From a virus, in IMG/VR virus record IMGVR_UViG_3300037245_002163, positions 37,301 to 101,300 of that record: 64,000 nt of DNA; one strand, written 5' to 3'. This document shows positions 45,436-54,533 of this stretch, piece by piece. How positions within the stretch are numbered: the stretch's first letter is position 1; the number at the start of each line of letters is the position of its first letter. Both the position numbers and the translations under genes were made by a program. A model generated the notes under the pieces. That model was not told the origin of the DNA. It did no database searches and saw only the letters and a program-made list of their open reading frames with translations.

Positions 45436-46688
45436 GCGTCGCCCCCGGCACCCTGATCACCACGTCGAAGGGGCTCATGCCCGTCGAAGCCCTCACCACG
45501 GCCCCGTTCAAGGTCTGGACGGGCCAGCAATACGAGGAAGCCATGGCCTACTCCGCGGGGGTCGAGCCTGTTGCCCGCGTGAAGCTCGCTAACGGGCTCT
45601 CTGCGCTTGTAAGCCCATTGCAGGCTCTAGCGGTCGTTCCCTCAGAGAGCGCCCTAGGAGCCGCCTTGTGGCGCGAGCAACGGGCACTCAAAGCGGGCGA
45701 CCGCGTGCTCATGGGCTACCAGCGCGAAGACACCTTGCTCGATACCGACTTGCTGGGATGCGGCTACCGGGACCGGGCGATGCTCGAAGATCCCGGCATT
45801 TGGCACCTACTCGGCTACGCCCTTGGCAGCGGCTACTTCCCCGGAGCCCCGCCTAGCACGGAGTCATTCAGCGTTTTCGCCTACAACCGGCTGGACGAGC
45901 CCTTGCTAGAAGACTTCGCGGCGACGTGCGACGCCCACTTCATTCCCGCACTGGCGACCGAAGGCGACCACGCCATGCTTTCGATCCATGACCGGGACTT
46001 CCATCGATGGCTGCGCGATCTGGGGTTTCAGTCGGCCGCGGAAGGCCAGTCGATCCCGAACCGCTTCTTTCGGGCGCCGGCTTGGATTCGTGGCGCGCTT
46101 CTGAGGGGGCTCTTCGCCAGCGCATCGAAGTGGGATGAGACCTACAACGCGCCCGTGCTCTACCTTCATGACTCCCGGCTCCGGCAGTCCGCGCTCCGAT
46201 GCCTATGGTCCATCGGCGTGGCGGCGCATGAGAAGCAGAGCGATACCGTCGACCATAAGATCCGCGTTTCCGATGTAGCGGCGTGGCAGGACCACGTAGG
46301 GGAGCTACAAGAGGGCGAGCCCCGCGAAGCCAAGCGAGCACCCGGCTATGAGAACCGCTGGGACGTGCTTCCGGTGTCGACGGCGCAGACGGTTATCCGC
46401 GCCATGATGGCGAGCCCCGTTTGGAAGACGCTGACGGGTGACGAGCGCGAGAAGATCGCACGGCTGGAGCGCCGTGGCCTAGCCATCCGGCGCCCCCTAG
46501 CAATCGAGTATCTACGCAAGGTCCATGCGGAAGTGCCCGCGGCGCTCCACTACCACCACGCCAAAGTGGGCATGGTGGACGTGGAACCCATTCACCGGGC
46601 GCTCATGTATCGCGTGGAAGTGGCGAATGAGGCGGCCCTGTTTCTCGCCAATCACATCGCGATGGGCGACTCACGCGCGGTGCTGTAG
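45432..46688 (+). CDS. free-standing intein-like Hint + LAGLIDADG protein, catalytically degenerate
   Basis: Block A SVAPGTLITTSKGLMPVEAL; LKAGDRV; LLGYALGSG and LLRGLFASAS; block F/G MYRVEV..FLANHIAMGDS. Confidence 0.8.
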   Translation: MSVAPGTLITTSKGLMPVEALTTAPFKVWTGQQYEEAMAYSAGVEPVARVKLANGLSALVSPLQALAVVPSESALGAALWREQRALKAGDRVLMGYQREDTLLDTDLLGCGYRDRAMLEDPGIWHLLGYALGSGYFPGAPPSTESFSVFAYNRLDEPLLEDFAATCDAHFIPALATEGDHAMLSIHDRDFHRWLRDLGFQSAAEGQSIPNRFFRAPAWIRGALLRGLFASASKWDETYNAPVLYLHDSRLRQSALRCLWSIGVAAHEKQSDTVDHKIRVSDVAAWQDHVGELQEGEPREAKRAPGYENRWDVLPVSTAQTVIRAMMASPVWKTLTGDEREKIARLERRGLAIRRPLAIEYLRKVHAEVPAALHYHHAKVGMVDVEPIHRALMYRVEVANEAALFLANHIAMGDSRAVL

Positions 46689-47003
46689 CTCTTGGATCAT
46701 TAGGAGCTGGTCGACGACCATGTTCCGAAGCTGTTGATTCTCAGCTTCAAGATGATTCGTCTTCGCGTACTGGACGAGCTTATTGCTCCGGGTACGCGTC
46801 TTGCGCCGTGCCTTCGGCTTGGAAGTCGGAGGGGCTGCGGTTTCGATCTGCGCCTTCCACTTGTAGATCAACGCGGAGCTGAGCTTGTGCTTCGCAGCGA
46901 CCGCCATCGCGCTTGTGCGGTTCGCTTCGGCTACGTACCGTTGCTTCTGCGCGGGGGTAAACTTGCGCCGTACGACGCGTTTGGTGCTTGCCTTTTTGGG
47001 CAT
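46671..47003 (-). CDS. IS3-family OrfA-like HTH + leucine-zipper protein, orphan
   Basis: RRKFTPAQK..V...VAAKHKLSSALIYKWK ... LEAENQQLRNMV. Confidence 0.65.
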   Translation of the reverse strand: MPKKASTKRVVRRKFTPAQKQRYVAEANRTSAMAVAAKHKLSSALIYKWKAQIETAAPPTSKPKARRKTRTRSNKLVQYAKTNHLEAENQQLRNMVVDQLLMIQELQHRA

Positions 47004-47075
47004 ACTAGGGACTCTCTTTCGTTGTAGGATACGACGCATCATAGTCGACGCGCCGTATTCGATTGTCAAGCCGAC

Positions 47076-47324
47076 CTAGTTCAAGGTCGGATCAGGCTCG
47101 CCGCCATCCTCCGCGTCTTCTTCTTTGGCGGCGTAGTAGTTGATCACGTTATCTAGGCCGGTGTCGGCCTCAAAGCGGCTCAAAGCCTTGTCGCGAAAGA
47201 TGCCCGTGATCTCGCCTTCCGCATCGATTACCACCACGTCTTGCTCGAAGCGAGGCTCGTCAGCGACGGGCACCGCGGGGCTTCGGCGCCAGTAGATGGT
47301 GAAGGTTCGGAGTTCGATCCGCAT
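47076..47324 (-). CDS. hypothetical protein
   Basis: TAATG coupling with the upstream gene. Confidence 0.55.
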   Translation of the reverse strand: MRIELRTFTIYWRRSPAVPVADEPRFEQDVVVIDAEGEITGIFRDKALSRFEADTGLDNVINYYAAKEEDAEDGGEPDPTLN

Positions 47325-47785
47325 TACTGCCCCGCGCCCGCGCACACGGGGCCTAGGCCGCGCTCGATGCTCGCCGGGACCGTGAGCTTGCGCCCGCAGC
47401 GACCGCAGCGACCTTCATGCCAAAACTCCGCGGGGGCGAAGTCAGTGTCGGCAGCCAAGCGGCTCCAAAGCCACGTGAAGGCTCGCGCGCTGGGGGCGTC
47501 CGTGCCGACTCGGCTCTTGCGTCCGTGAACAAATTTTTCCGCGTCGAAGATCGTTCCGAGAAACGAGTAGTCCGCATCGTTGTCGGGTCCGCTCAGCAAG
47601 CCGACAAAGAACAGCTCTTTGGGCTCCGCTTCCGTACCCACATCCTTGCGCTTCACCTTGAACGTGTAGCGGTTGCCCGTGTCGGGATTCAGCACGGTGA
47701 ACGTGGCGTTGCCGGCGAGCGCGTAGGCTTTCGCGAAAAGCGGGGTGTGGAGCTGGCCTCTTAGTTCGTTTGGAATGGTGGTCAT
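47324..47785 (-). CDS. DUF6011-type Zn-finger protein
   Basis: EGRCGRCGRKLTVPASIERGLGPVCA. Confidence 0.85.
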   Translation of the reverse strand: MTTIPNELRGQLHTPLFAKAYALAGNATFTVLNPDTGNRYTFKVKRKDVGTEAEPKELFFVGLLSGPDNDADYSFLGTIFDAEKFVHGRKSRVGTDAPSARAFTWLWSRLAADTDFAPAEFWHEGRCGRCGRKLTVPASIERGLGPVCAGAGQ

Positions 47786-47836
47786 GGTCTTCGTTCCCTT
47801 CATCTAAAGAGTACGGTGCGTCGGCTAGCGTGTCAA
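47783..47836 (-). promoter_or_regulatory. promoter/5'UTR cassette, copy 4
   Basis: TTGACA-17-TACTCT then TGAAGGGAACGAAGACCATG. Confidence 0.75.
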
Positions 47837-47893
47837 ATCGACCGTATACGCTGCCTTTTTGCGGTCGTATACGATCCATGCTATACTAGGGGG

Positions 47894-48433
47894 ATGAAAC
47901 GGATGACGCGATCGAAGCAATATGCGCGCCTTGTCGCGCGGCTTCCCGGTATCGTGTTCGCGGAGTACGGGCGAAAGGACGTGTGCATTCCCGCCGCGTA
48001 CCACGCGCTAGAAACGCTGCGCGCATGGGGCATTTCGGGGCGGCTGGTGAGCATGAACACCACCGCGATGAATTGGCCTTTCGTCGAATGGGTTAGCCGG
48101 CGCGCGGACGGGCACTACGACCCGATGCCCAACTACGGATGGTCGGTAGGTATCAGGCACGACAATCCAGATCGGGACGGCTACCTGAGCCACCTTGTTT
48201 GTGTTTCGAAGGGCAAGGTGCTCGACTGCGCAGCCGGAGCACTGTCACGCCCTGAGCGCGGGATGCCAGTCCCCGAAGGGCTCATGGTGGTGAACGGCGA
48301 ATGGTACGATGACACGACGGTGGTCACGTACATGCCGTCGCCAGAGCCCGTCCCGCCGATGTGGGTACTCGACCCGGTAGCCACGGAGTGCGTGCGAAGA
48401 CGGATCAAAAAAGAGATCCTAGAGGGGAGCTGA
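47894..48433 (+). CDS. hypothetical protein, possible papain/transglutaminase-like fold
   Basis: Extended -10 TGCTATACT 6 nt before the ATG; CIPAA..HLVC..VLD. Confidence 0.55.
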   Translation: MKRMTRSKQYARLVARLPGIVFAEYGRKDVCIPAAYHALETLRAWGISGRLVSMNTTAMNWPFVEWVSRRADGHYDPMPNYGWSVGIRHDNPDRDGYLSHLVCVSKGKVLDCAAGALSRPERGMPVPEGLMVVNGEWYDDTTVVTYMPSPEPVPPMWVLDPVATECVRRRIKKEILEGS

Positions 48434-48467
48434 TTATCCTGAGCCCCTGAGCTAACCTTGCGGGGCC

Positions 48468-49319
48468 ATGGCCGACCCTTCGAAGCTCGCTCCCCCAGCG
48501 CCCGTCGATCACGCCGATCGGGTGGTCGACGTGCCGCCTACCGTGGGCGAGTACGACACGTCCGAAGACTACCCGGCCAAGCAAAAGACGCGGGCCGACT
48601 TCCGCCCCCAAGAGTTCGAACGGGTCATTGGGCAGCACGGCAAATTCGTGGTGTGGCGCAAAGCCCTGCTTTGCCCGTGTGAGAACCGGGACACGGGGCA
48701 GCCCCAAGTCGACTGCGAAGACTGCGATGGCTCCGGCTACATCTACGTGGACGGGCACCGCATCCGGGCGCACATGGTGAGCTTCGACAAGACCACCAAA
48801 ATCTACGAAAAGTTCGGGATGTGGCTTGAAGGCAACGTCCAGATCACCGTGCTCCCGCAGTACCGGCTCGGCTTCCGTGACTCCATTGAAATGGAAGACT
48901 CGCTCATGAGCTTCAATGAGCTGTTGCGGAAGGGCAACCGGCGCGGCCGGCGGAGCAAGCTCCCCGATGGGGTCGACTCCGCGCGCTACCGGGTCACAAG
49001 CGTCACCCGGCTGGCAGTGCATACCGGAGACTCGTTCACCTTGCTCGAATCGGGCTATCATTTCGAAGTGACCGATGAGGGGTGGATCAAGTGGCTCGCG
49101 CAAGGCAGCAACGCCGTGAGCGACGGGACGACCTACAGCGTGCTCTACGACTTCCACCCCGTTTTCCAGATCATTAGCCACCCGCACTCGACTCGCGACG
49201 ACGTGCGGGGCACCAAACAGCCCAAAGACACCGTGACGGCGCTCCCGATTCAGGCAGCCGCGCGGCTCGACTACCTCATCGATATCAACTCGGCTGCGGT
49301 GCCGCCGGTCACGGGATAA
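48468..49319 (+). CDS. head closure/neck protein with a Zn motif
   Basis: WRKALLCPC..C..CDGSG.IY; SPO1/Twort-type. Confidence 0.7.
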   Translation: MADPSKLAPPAPVDHADRVVDVPPTVGEYDTSEDYPAKQKTRADFRPQEFERVIGQHGKFVVWRKALLCPCENRDTGQPQVDCEDCDGSGYIYVDGHRIRAHMVSFDKTTKIYEKFGMWLEGNVQITVLPQYRLGFRDSIEMEDSLMSFNELLRKGNRRGRRSKLPDGVDSARYRVTSVTRLAVHTGDSFTLLESGYHFEVTDEGWIKWLAQGSNAVSDGTTYSVLYDFHPVFQIISHPHSTRDDVRGTKQPKDTVTALPIQAAARLDYLIDINSAAVPPVTG

Positions 49320-50140
49320 TGGCGCTCATCAAAATCGACATGAGCCAGGTAGTTGCGAACGTCACGCGCTCGCTCCCGCGCATGACAGACACACGCCGGC
49401 TCCAGGCGGAGCTAGGCTCCAAGGCGATGGAATACTGGACCCATCTAGCCAAAACCAAGCTGGGAAGCTCTTCGCGCGCTTACATCCATGAGCTGAGCCA
49501 CCGCTCCACGGAGAACCGGGAGTACATCGTGCTCACGGGCGTGCTCCCGAACATGATCGAGAACGGCTGGCGCGGCGGCGACATGCGCGATTGGATGCTC
49601 AAAGGGCCGAAGGCCAAGACGGCCGCCGATGGGAGCAAGTACCTCACGATCCCCTTCCAACACGGCACGCCGGGCACCGGGGGGCGCAACGTGGGCGCGG
49701 TCATGCCCAAGCCCATCTACAACGCGGCCAAAAAGCTGGACGGTACGAAGTCGCGAGCCAAAAAGCTCGAAGGCCCCAGCACTTTGACGGCCCGTAGCAC
49801 GAAAGATACACGGATCGACAAGATCCACGGGAAGCGGCTAGAGCCGACGATGCGCGGGATCAGTAAGCAGGTCTCCACCATGCTGAAAACGAAGCGCCAA
49901 GACTGGCACACCACGAGCATTTGGACGGGGATGCAGCGCGACTCGAAGCAGTATGAGAACGCGAACCAGACCAGCGGCTACACGACGTTCCGGCGGATCA
50001 GCTCGAAGGTGCGCCCTGGCACGGAGGGCAAGAGCTGGCACCATCCGGGGATCGAAGGGAAGCGATTCGCGCCCCAAGTGCAGAAGCGAATCGAGCTGTT
50101 CGCGCCGATCATCATGCGGCAGATCATAGAGGGCAAATGA
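49319..50140 (+). CDS. neck/tail completion protein
   Basis: KYLTIPF, YTTFRRIS..SWHHPG. Confidence 0.65.
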   Translation: MALIKIDMSQVVANVTRSLPRMTDTRRLQAELGSKAMEYWTHLAKTKLGSSSRAYIHELSHRSTENREYIVLTGVLPNMIENGWRGGDMRDWMLKGPKAKTAADGSKYLTIPFQHGTPGTGGRNVGAVMPKPIYNAAKKLDGTKSRAKKLEGPSTLTARSTKDTRIDKIHGKRLEPTMRGISKQVSTMLKTKRQDWHTTSIWTGMQRDSKQYENANQTSGYTTFRRISSKVRPGTEGKSWHHPGIEGKRFAPQVQKRIELFAPIIMRQIIEGK

Positions 50141-50922
50141 GTCGCAAAGACAAGGCCAACCCCCGCAATCTGGGTGGCACCCTAGAGAACAGCATCGAGC
50201 CCTTTTTCGAAGGGCCGGCGCTCGCCAACGCGCGCACAAGCATCGTACTGTTGGAGCGCATTATCTTGAACCTTTTGCGCTCCGAAGTCGCACGGCTGTC
50301 AGTGAACGAGCCGGAGCTGACTCGGTTTTTCAGTCACTTCTTTGACCCCACGGCCGGCGCCGAAGAGCGCGCGCGGTTCGTGACCAACTTCATGCGCGAG
50401 CCGCCGGTCACAGTCATTGGCTACCCGCGGGCGTCGGGCGACTTTCCATGCTTCGCCATTATCCTCGAAAGCGAGGAAGAGACCGACCCCCAACTCATGG
50501 GCGACTACATGGGCATGACGCTCGATGGGGAGCCCGGTGAAGCGGCGGAGTACGAAGGCGGCTTCTTTCAGAACACCTACGGGATCTACATCTATGCGCA
50601 GAACAGCGACGTAGCGGTGTACCTCTACCAGTTCGCCAAGATGGTGCTTTTTAGTGCAAAAACGGCGCTTCAATGCGCTGGCTTTACGGGACTCGCTTTC
50701 AGCGGCGGCGAGCTGAGCCCCGAAGAGATGTACTTGCCCGATAACATGTACGCGCGCGTGCTGCGCATTCAGGCGACGGCTCCGATGAGCGTGCCGAAGC
50801 TCGTAATCGACCCGGCCAAGGTTCGCATCTTGGGGCTCCACATGGATGATATCGTAGTGGACGGCATGCGAGGGACCGTGACACCGTACGTACCGGAAGG
50901 ATCTGATGATGGCGAATGCTAA
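50137..50922 (+). CDS. putative tail terminator
   Basis: Position before the sheath gene; IGYPR...FP pattern. Confidence 0.55.
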   Translation: MSRKDKANPRNLGGTLENSIEPFFEGPALANARTSIVLLERIILNLLRSEVARLSVNEPELTRFFSHFFDPTAGAEERARFVTNFMREPPVTVIGYPRASGDFPCFAIILESEEETDPQLMGDYMGMTLDGEPGEAAEYEGGFFQNTYGIYIYAQNSDVAVYLYQFAKMVLFSAKTALQCAGFTGLAFSGGELSPEEMYLPDNMYARVLRIQATAPMSVPKLVIDPAKVRILGLHMDDIVVDGMRGTVTPYVPEGSDDGEC

Positions 50923-51235
50923 GCGGCGCTCCGGGGGGAGCACTAAAGGCGTGTCGGAGCCCCGCAAGTCGGAGCCGGCGCTAGAGGATATTGAGGCCGT
51001 GTCGGAGCCCGTTCCATCGGAGCCAGCGCCCGCAAAGAGCCCTTCTACCGTTAGTTTGGCGCAAGAGCTGCCAGACCGAACGCCACGCGTTACGATCCAG
51101 TCATTCGTGCGGGGAACCAGAGATCCAATCTTGCGTTCATTCGCGAGTCAAGAGCGACTGTCAAAGGCCGTCCGCAAGCTCACACGGGATGAGTGGAAGA
51201 CGGCATTCGAAGCCTTCAAGAGTGAACCTAGGTAG
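50906..51235 (+). CDS. small protein preceding the sheath gene
   Basis: Ends EWKTAFEAF; syntenic position. Confidence 0.55.
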   Translation: MMANAKRRSGGSTKGVSEPRKSEPALEDIEAVSEPVPSEPAPAKSPSTVSLAQELPDRTPRVTIQSFVRGTRDPILRSFASQERLSKAVRKLTRDEWKTAFEAFKSEPR

Positions 51236-51249
51236 GGGGTAAGGGGTAC

Positions 51250-53520
51250 ATGGCTACTGCAATCTTTTTCAACGGGCGACGTATCAACGTGCCGCAAGTC
51301 ACGTCGAAGATCGACGCGAGTGCGCTCAGCACGATTAGCCCTTCTGCGGTGGGGATCGTGGCCCTCGTAGGCACGGCCGAAGGCGGCGTGCCGCTGACTG
51401 TTGACGAGACCTTTTCCGACATGAGTCGAAGCGGCCAAGTCTACACCCGGTATCGCACGGGCGACTTGAAAACCGCTTCGCTCTTCGCGTTCGAACCGTC
51501 CAGCGATGAAGCCGTGCCGAACGGCGCGCAGAAGATCGTCGCCGTGAAGGTCAACCCCGCGACTCAGAGCGTGGGCGTGCTTCAAGACGACTTCGCGGCC
51601 AATGCCGTGGATCTCACAAGCCGCGATTACGGGCTGTTCACGGAGCAGATCAATATCACGGTCGCCACCGGCACCAATCAGGGGAAGCAGATCACCATCG
51701 TCTTCGAAGACGAGTCGGAAGTCTTTGACGACGTGGGCGGCGACGCCGCGTTCACCGTGGGCTACACGGCGGGCAGCGACGGCTACGACACGATCACGGG
51801 CCAGATCACGGCAACTCAGTTCATCGCTGCGGCGACCAAAGACGAGCTAGGCCGTGTCACGGAGCGCACTGCCGATATCCCGGCACCGGGTGTGCTCGAT
51901 GTGGCCAGCGACAACGTGGCTGACACGACCCAGACGATCACGGTCTACGGGCTCGATGCGTCGAATGTGCCGATCAAAGAGAGCATCGCTCTGAATGGCA
52001 CTACGAACGTCACGGGCTCCGTGAGCTTCACTAAGGTGCTCGGATGCGTGCTCGATGCGGCCGGCGCCGGCACCGTCACGGTTAGCGACTCGCCAATCAG
52101 CGCGTCGCTGTTCGTACTTGCGGCTGCCGTGCTCACCCGCGGCGTAACGCTCACCACTGCCACCCCGGTCAACGGCGTGGTCACGGTCACCATCGATACG
52201 GACGACGCAACCGATTGCGTGATCCGAGGCGCCAACGCTTCGGGAGTCGAAGTCGCGGAGCGCATCGATCTGGCAGCCGCGAACACGACGCCGGTTGTCG
52301 GCACCGTGGTGTTCGCCAGAATCACGCAAATCGAGCTGGGGGATACCGCCGCGGCGCGTACGGTCTCGATTAGCTGTAATGCGGAAGCTGTGGGCCATAG
52401 CACCTACAATACGGTGTCGAAGCTCGTAGACCGGCTCAACACCCTCGATGGGTTCACTGCCGCCGCTTTGGTGAGCAATCCGACGACGTTCGCCATGACT
52501 GACATGGACTACGAGGCGGCGGTGAATCTCTTGGCGGTCACGGCCAACTTCACGGCCGACCTTTACGCCGTGATCAAAAAGATCAACACGGAGAGCGCCT
52601 ACGTGAGCGCAGCGCGAGCCACGAGCGCCACAAGCGTGCCCGCGAACACCGTCGTTCCCGCGTTTCTCACGGGGGGCGTCGAAGGCGTCACCACGATCGC
52701 GGAATGGCAAGCGGCTTTCGAGCTTCTACGCAGGCGCCGCGTGACCACCATCGTGCCGCTCACACGCGACCCCGCGGTACACAACCTGCTTCTGAGCCAC
52801 CTTGTGGAGCGGGCGGGTCGACTTCGCAGCGAGGCCAACGGCTACGTGGGCATCGGCAACACGGACGGCGCGGGCGAAGCACGGGCCACGATCAAGAGCG
52901 AGATTCAGGTACTCCAGAGCCGGCATATCAGCGCGATCAGCGAAGAGTGCCAACGCTTCGACCCGGAGACCGGCGACGCGACTTGGTATCCGCCCTACAT
53001 CTACGCGAGCATCGCGGCGGGTATGCAGGCGGGCAGCCCCATCGGCGAGCCTCTGACGCGCAAGCGCCCGGCCGTCACGGACGTGCGGAACGACTCTTCG
53101 TGGTCGGTTGAAAACGACGTGGAAGAGCTGATCGATGCAGGGCTCATGATGAGCGAGAAAGTCGATAACGTCGGCATTCGCTGGATTCGGTCGATCACGA
53201 CCCACTTGGCTGACGACAACGTAGTGTTTACGGAAGTGAGCGCGAACGAAGCGGCCAACACCGCGGTATTCGAGCTGCGCCGGCAGCTAGAGCTGAAAAT
53301 CGGGCAGCGTGGGCTGGCGGGTTCGGCGGCTGCAATCAAGGGCTTGGCCAACGATGTGCTGGGGCGGCTCATCGATGACGAGATCATTGTGGCGTACAAG
53401 GCGTTGCAAGTAGACCAAATCGGCGACGTGTTCCCGGTCTCAGTCGAGATCGCTCCAGTGCTGCCGATCAACTTCATTCCAATCACCGTGCATCTCGTAG
53501 CGGTGCGGGCAGCGGCGTAA
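51250..53520 (+). CDS. contractile tail sheath protein
   Basis: ALVGTAEGG, LTSRDYG, FLTGG.EG, IVPLT, IGEPLT, PVLPINFI. Confidence 0.92.
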   Translation: MATAIFFNGRRINVPQVTSKIDASALSTISPSAVGIVALVGTAEGGVPLTVDETFSDMSRSGQVYTRYRTGDLKTASLFAFEPSSDEAVPNGAQKIVAVKVNPATQSVGVLQDDFAANAVDLTSRDYGLFTEQINITVATGTNQGKQITIVFEDESEVFDDVGGDAAFTVGYTAGSDGYDTITGQITATQFIAAATKDELGRVTERTADIPAPGVLDVASDNVADTTQTITVYGLDASNVPIKESIALNGTTNVTGSVSFTKVLGCVLDAAGAGTVTVSDSPISASLFVLAAAVLTRGVTLTTATPVNGVVTVTIDTDDATDCVIRGANASGVEVAERIDLAAANTTPVVGTVVFARITQIELGDTAAARTVSISCNAEAVGHSTYNTVSKLVDRLNTLDGFTAAALVSNPTTFAMTDMDYEAAVNLLAVTANFTADLYAVIKKINTESAYVSAARATSATSVPANTVVPAFLTGGVEGVTTIAEWQAAFELLRRRRVTTIVPLTRDPAVHNLLLSHLVERAGRLRSEANGYVGIGNTDGAGEARATIKSEIQVLQSRHISAISEECQRFDPETGDATWYPPYIYASIAAGMQAGSPIGEPLTRKRPAVTDVRNDSSWSVENDVEELIDAGLMMSEKVDNVGIRWIRSITTHLADDNVVFTEVSANEAANTAVFELRRQLELKIGQRGLAGSAAAIKGLANDVLGRLIDDEIIVAYKALQVDQIGDVFPVSVEIAPVLPINFIPITVHLVAVRAAA

Positions 53521-53534
53521 GGTAGGGGGCATCA

Positions 53535-53969
53535 ATGGCCGGTAGAGGATTAGTTCTTTCAGGCGCGCGAGCGCGACTCATGATCGAAGGGGTCAAGGTC
53601 ATGTACGCCACCAATGTGTCGTACAGCGAAGAAATTTCGATGGAAGGGATTGAAATTCTCGACCAGTTCGAAGTCGCGGAGCACGTGCCGACCGGCTACC
53701 GCGTCACGTTCACCGCGCAAATGGTCCGGGTCATTACGAACCCGATCAAGTTGCGCGATGGCGTGGTGATCCAGCCCCGGCTCGAAGACATTCTCACAAG
53801 CCCGGAGCTTACGGCGTCGATTGAAGATCGTGCATCGGGCGCCGTGGTGGCAAATATCGAGCGTGTGCGGGCGACCCGCTACTCGCAAAACATCGGCGCA
53901 CGGGGCATCGTCCTGAATGATGTGGAGTTCGTTGCGATCCGCATCCGAGACGAATCCGAAATTGCGTAG
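53535..53969 (+). CDS. tail tube protein
   Basis: 144 aa directly after the sheath; EHVPTGY. Confidence 0.85.
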   Translation: MAGRGLVLSGARARLMIEGVKVMYATNVSYSEEISMEGIEILDQFEVAEHVPTGYRVTFTAQMVRVITNPIKLRDGVVIQPRLEDILTSPELTASIEDRASGAVVANIERVRATRYSQNIGARGIVLNDVEFVAIRIRDESEIA

Positions 53970-53981
53970 TAAGAGGGGGTC

Positions 53982-54533
53982 ATGACTCAACCCCCCTCCC
54001 CCGAAGACGTTCTGAAACAGTTCGCATCCGTAGACGCGCCTGAAAAGGACGAAGACGACCTACTGCCGGCGATCACGCGCTTGCAAATCGATGTGACCGG
54101 GATTCGCGGCATGCGCTACCAAGGTGATTTCGTCTACAAGGTGCCGACCTTGGCCGACCAAATCTCGATTGGCCGGCTCAAAAATACCTACTTGCCGCAA
54201 GGTGGCGCAGCCGATGCCAACGCGTCGATCCTAGTCGAGCAAATCAGCTACTTGGCCGTGACGATCCAAGACCCCAAGCCCGATTGGTGGGAACCCTTCG
54301 GGAGCTACGATGCGACCCCGCTCTCCGCTCTTTACAAGGAGGCGCTCTCTTATGAGCAACGGTTTCACGGCGAGCTTGCGAACCGCGGAACAGCTCAAAG
54401 CGGAGCTGCGGGAGCTGGACATGACGACGCTTCCCGCGATGACACGGATGGTGAAGCTAATGTGGGCCGAAAAGTACAGCCTACCGCCGAACGACGAGAG
54501 ACTATTGTCGCTCACTCTCAAAGAAGCGGCTGA
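53982..54533 (+). CDS. tail assembly chaperone, G-like
   Basis: Between tube and tape measure; KPDWW motif. Confidence 0.7.
   Translation: MTQPPSPEDVLKQFASVDAPEKDEDDLLPAITRLQIDVTGIRGMRYQGDFVYKVPTLADQISIGRLKNTYLPQGGAADANASILVEQISYLAVTIQDPKPDWWEPFGSYDATPLSALYKEALSYEQRFHGELANRGTAQSGAAGAGHDDASRDDTDGEANVGRKVQPTAERRETIVAHSQRSG

Noticed and set aside
46671-47069. Intact IS3 element
   Set aside because: No DDE transposase or terminal inverted repeats seen
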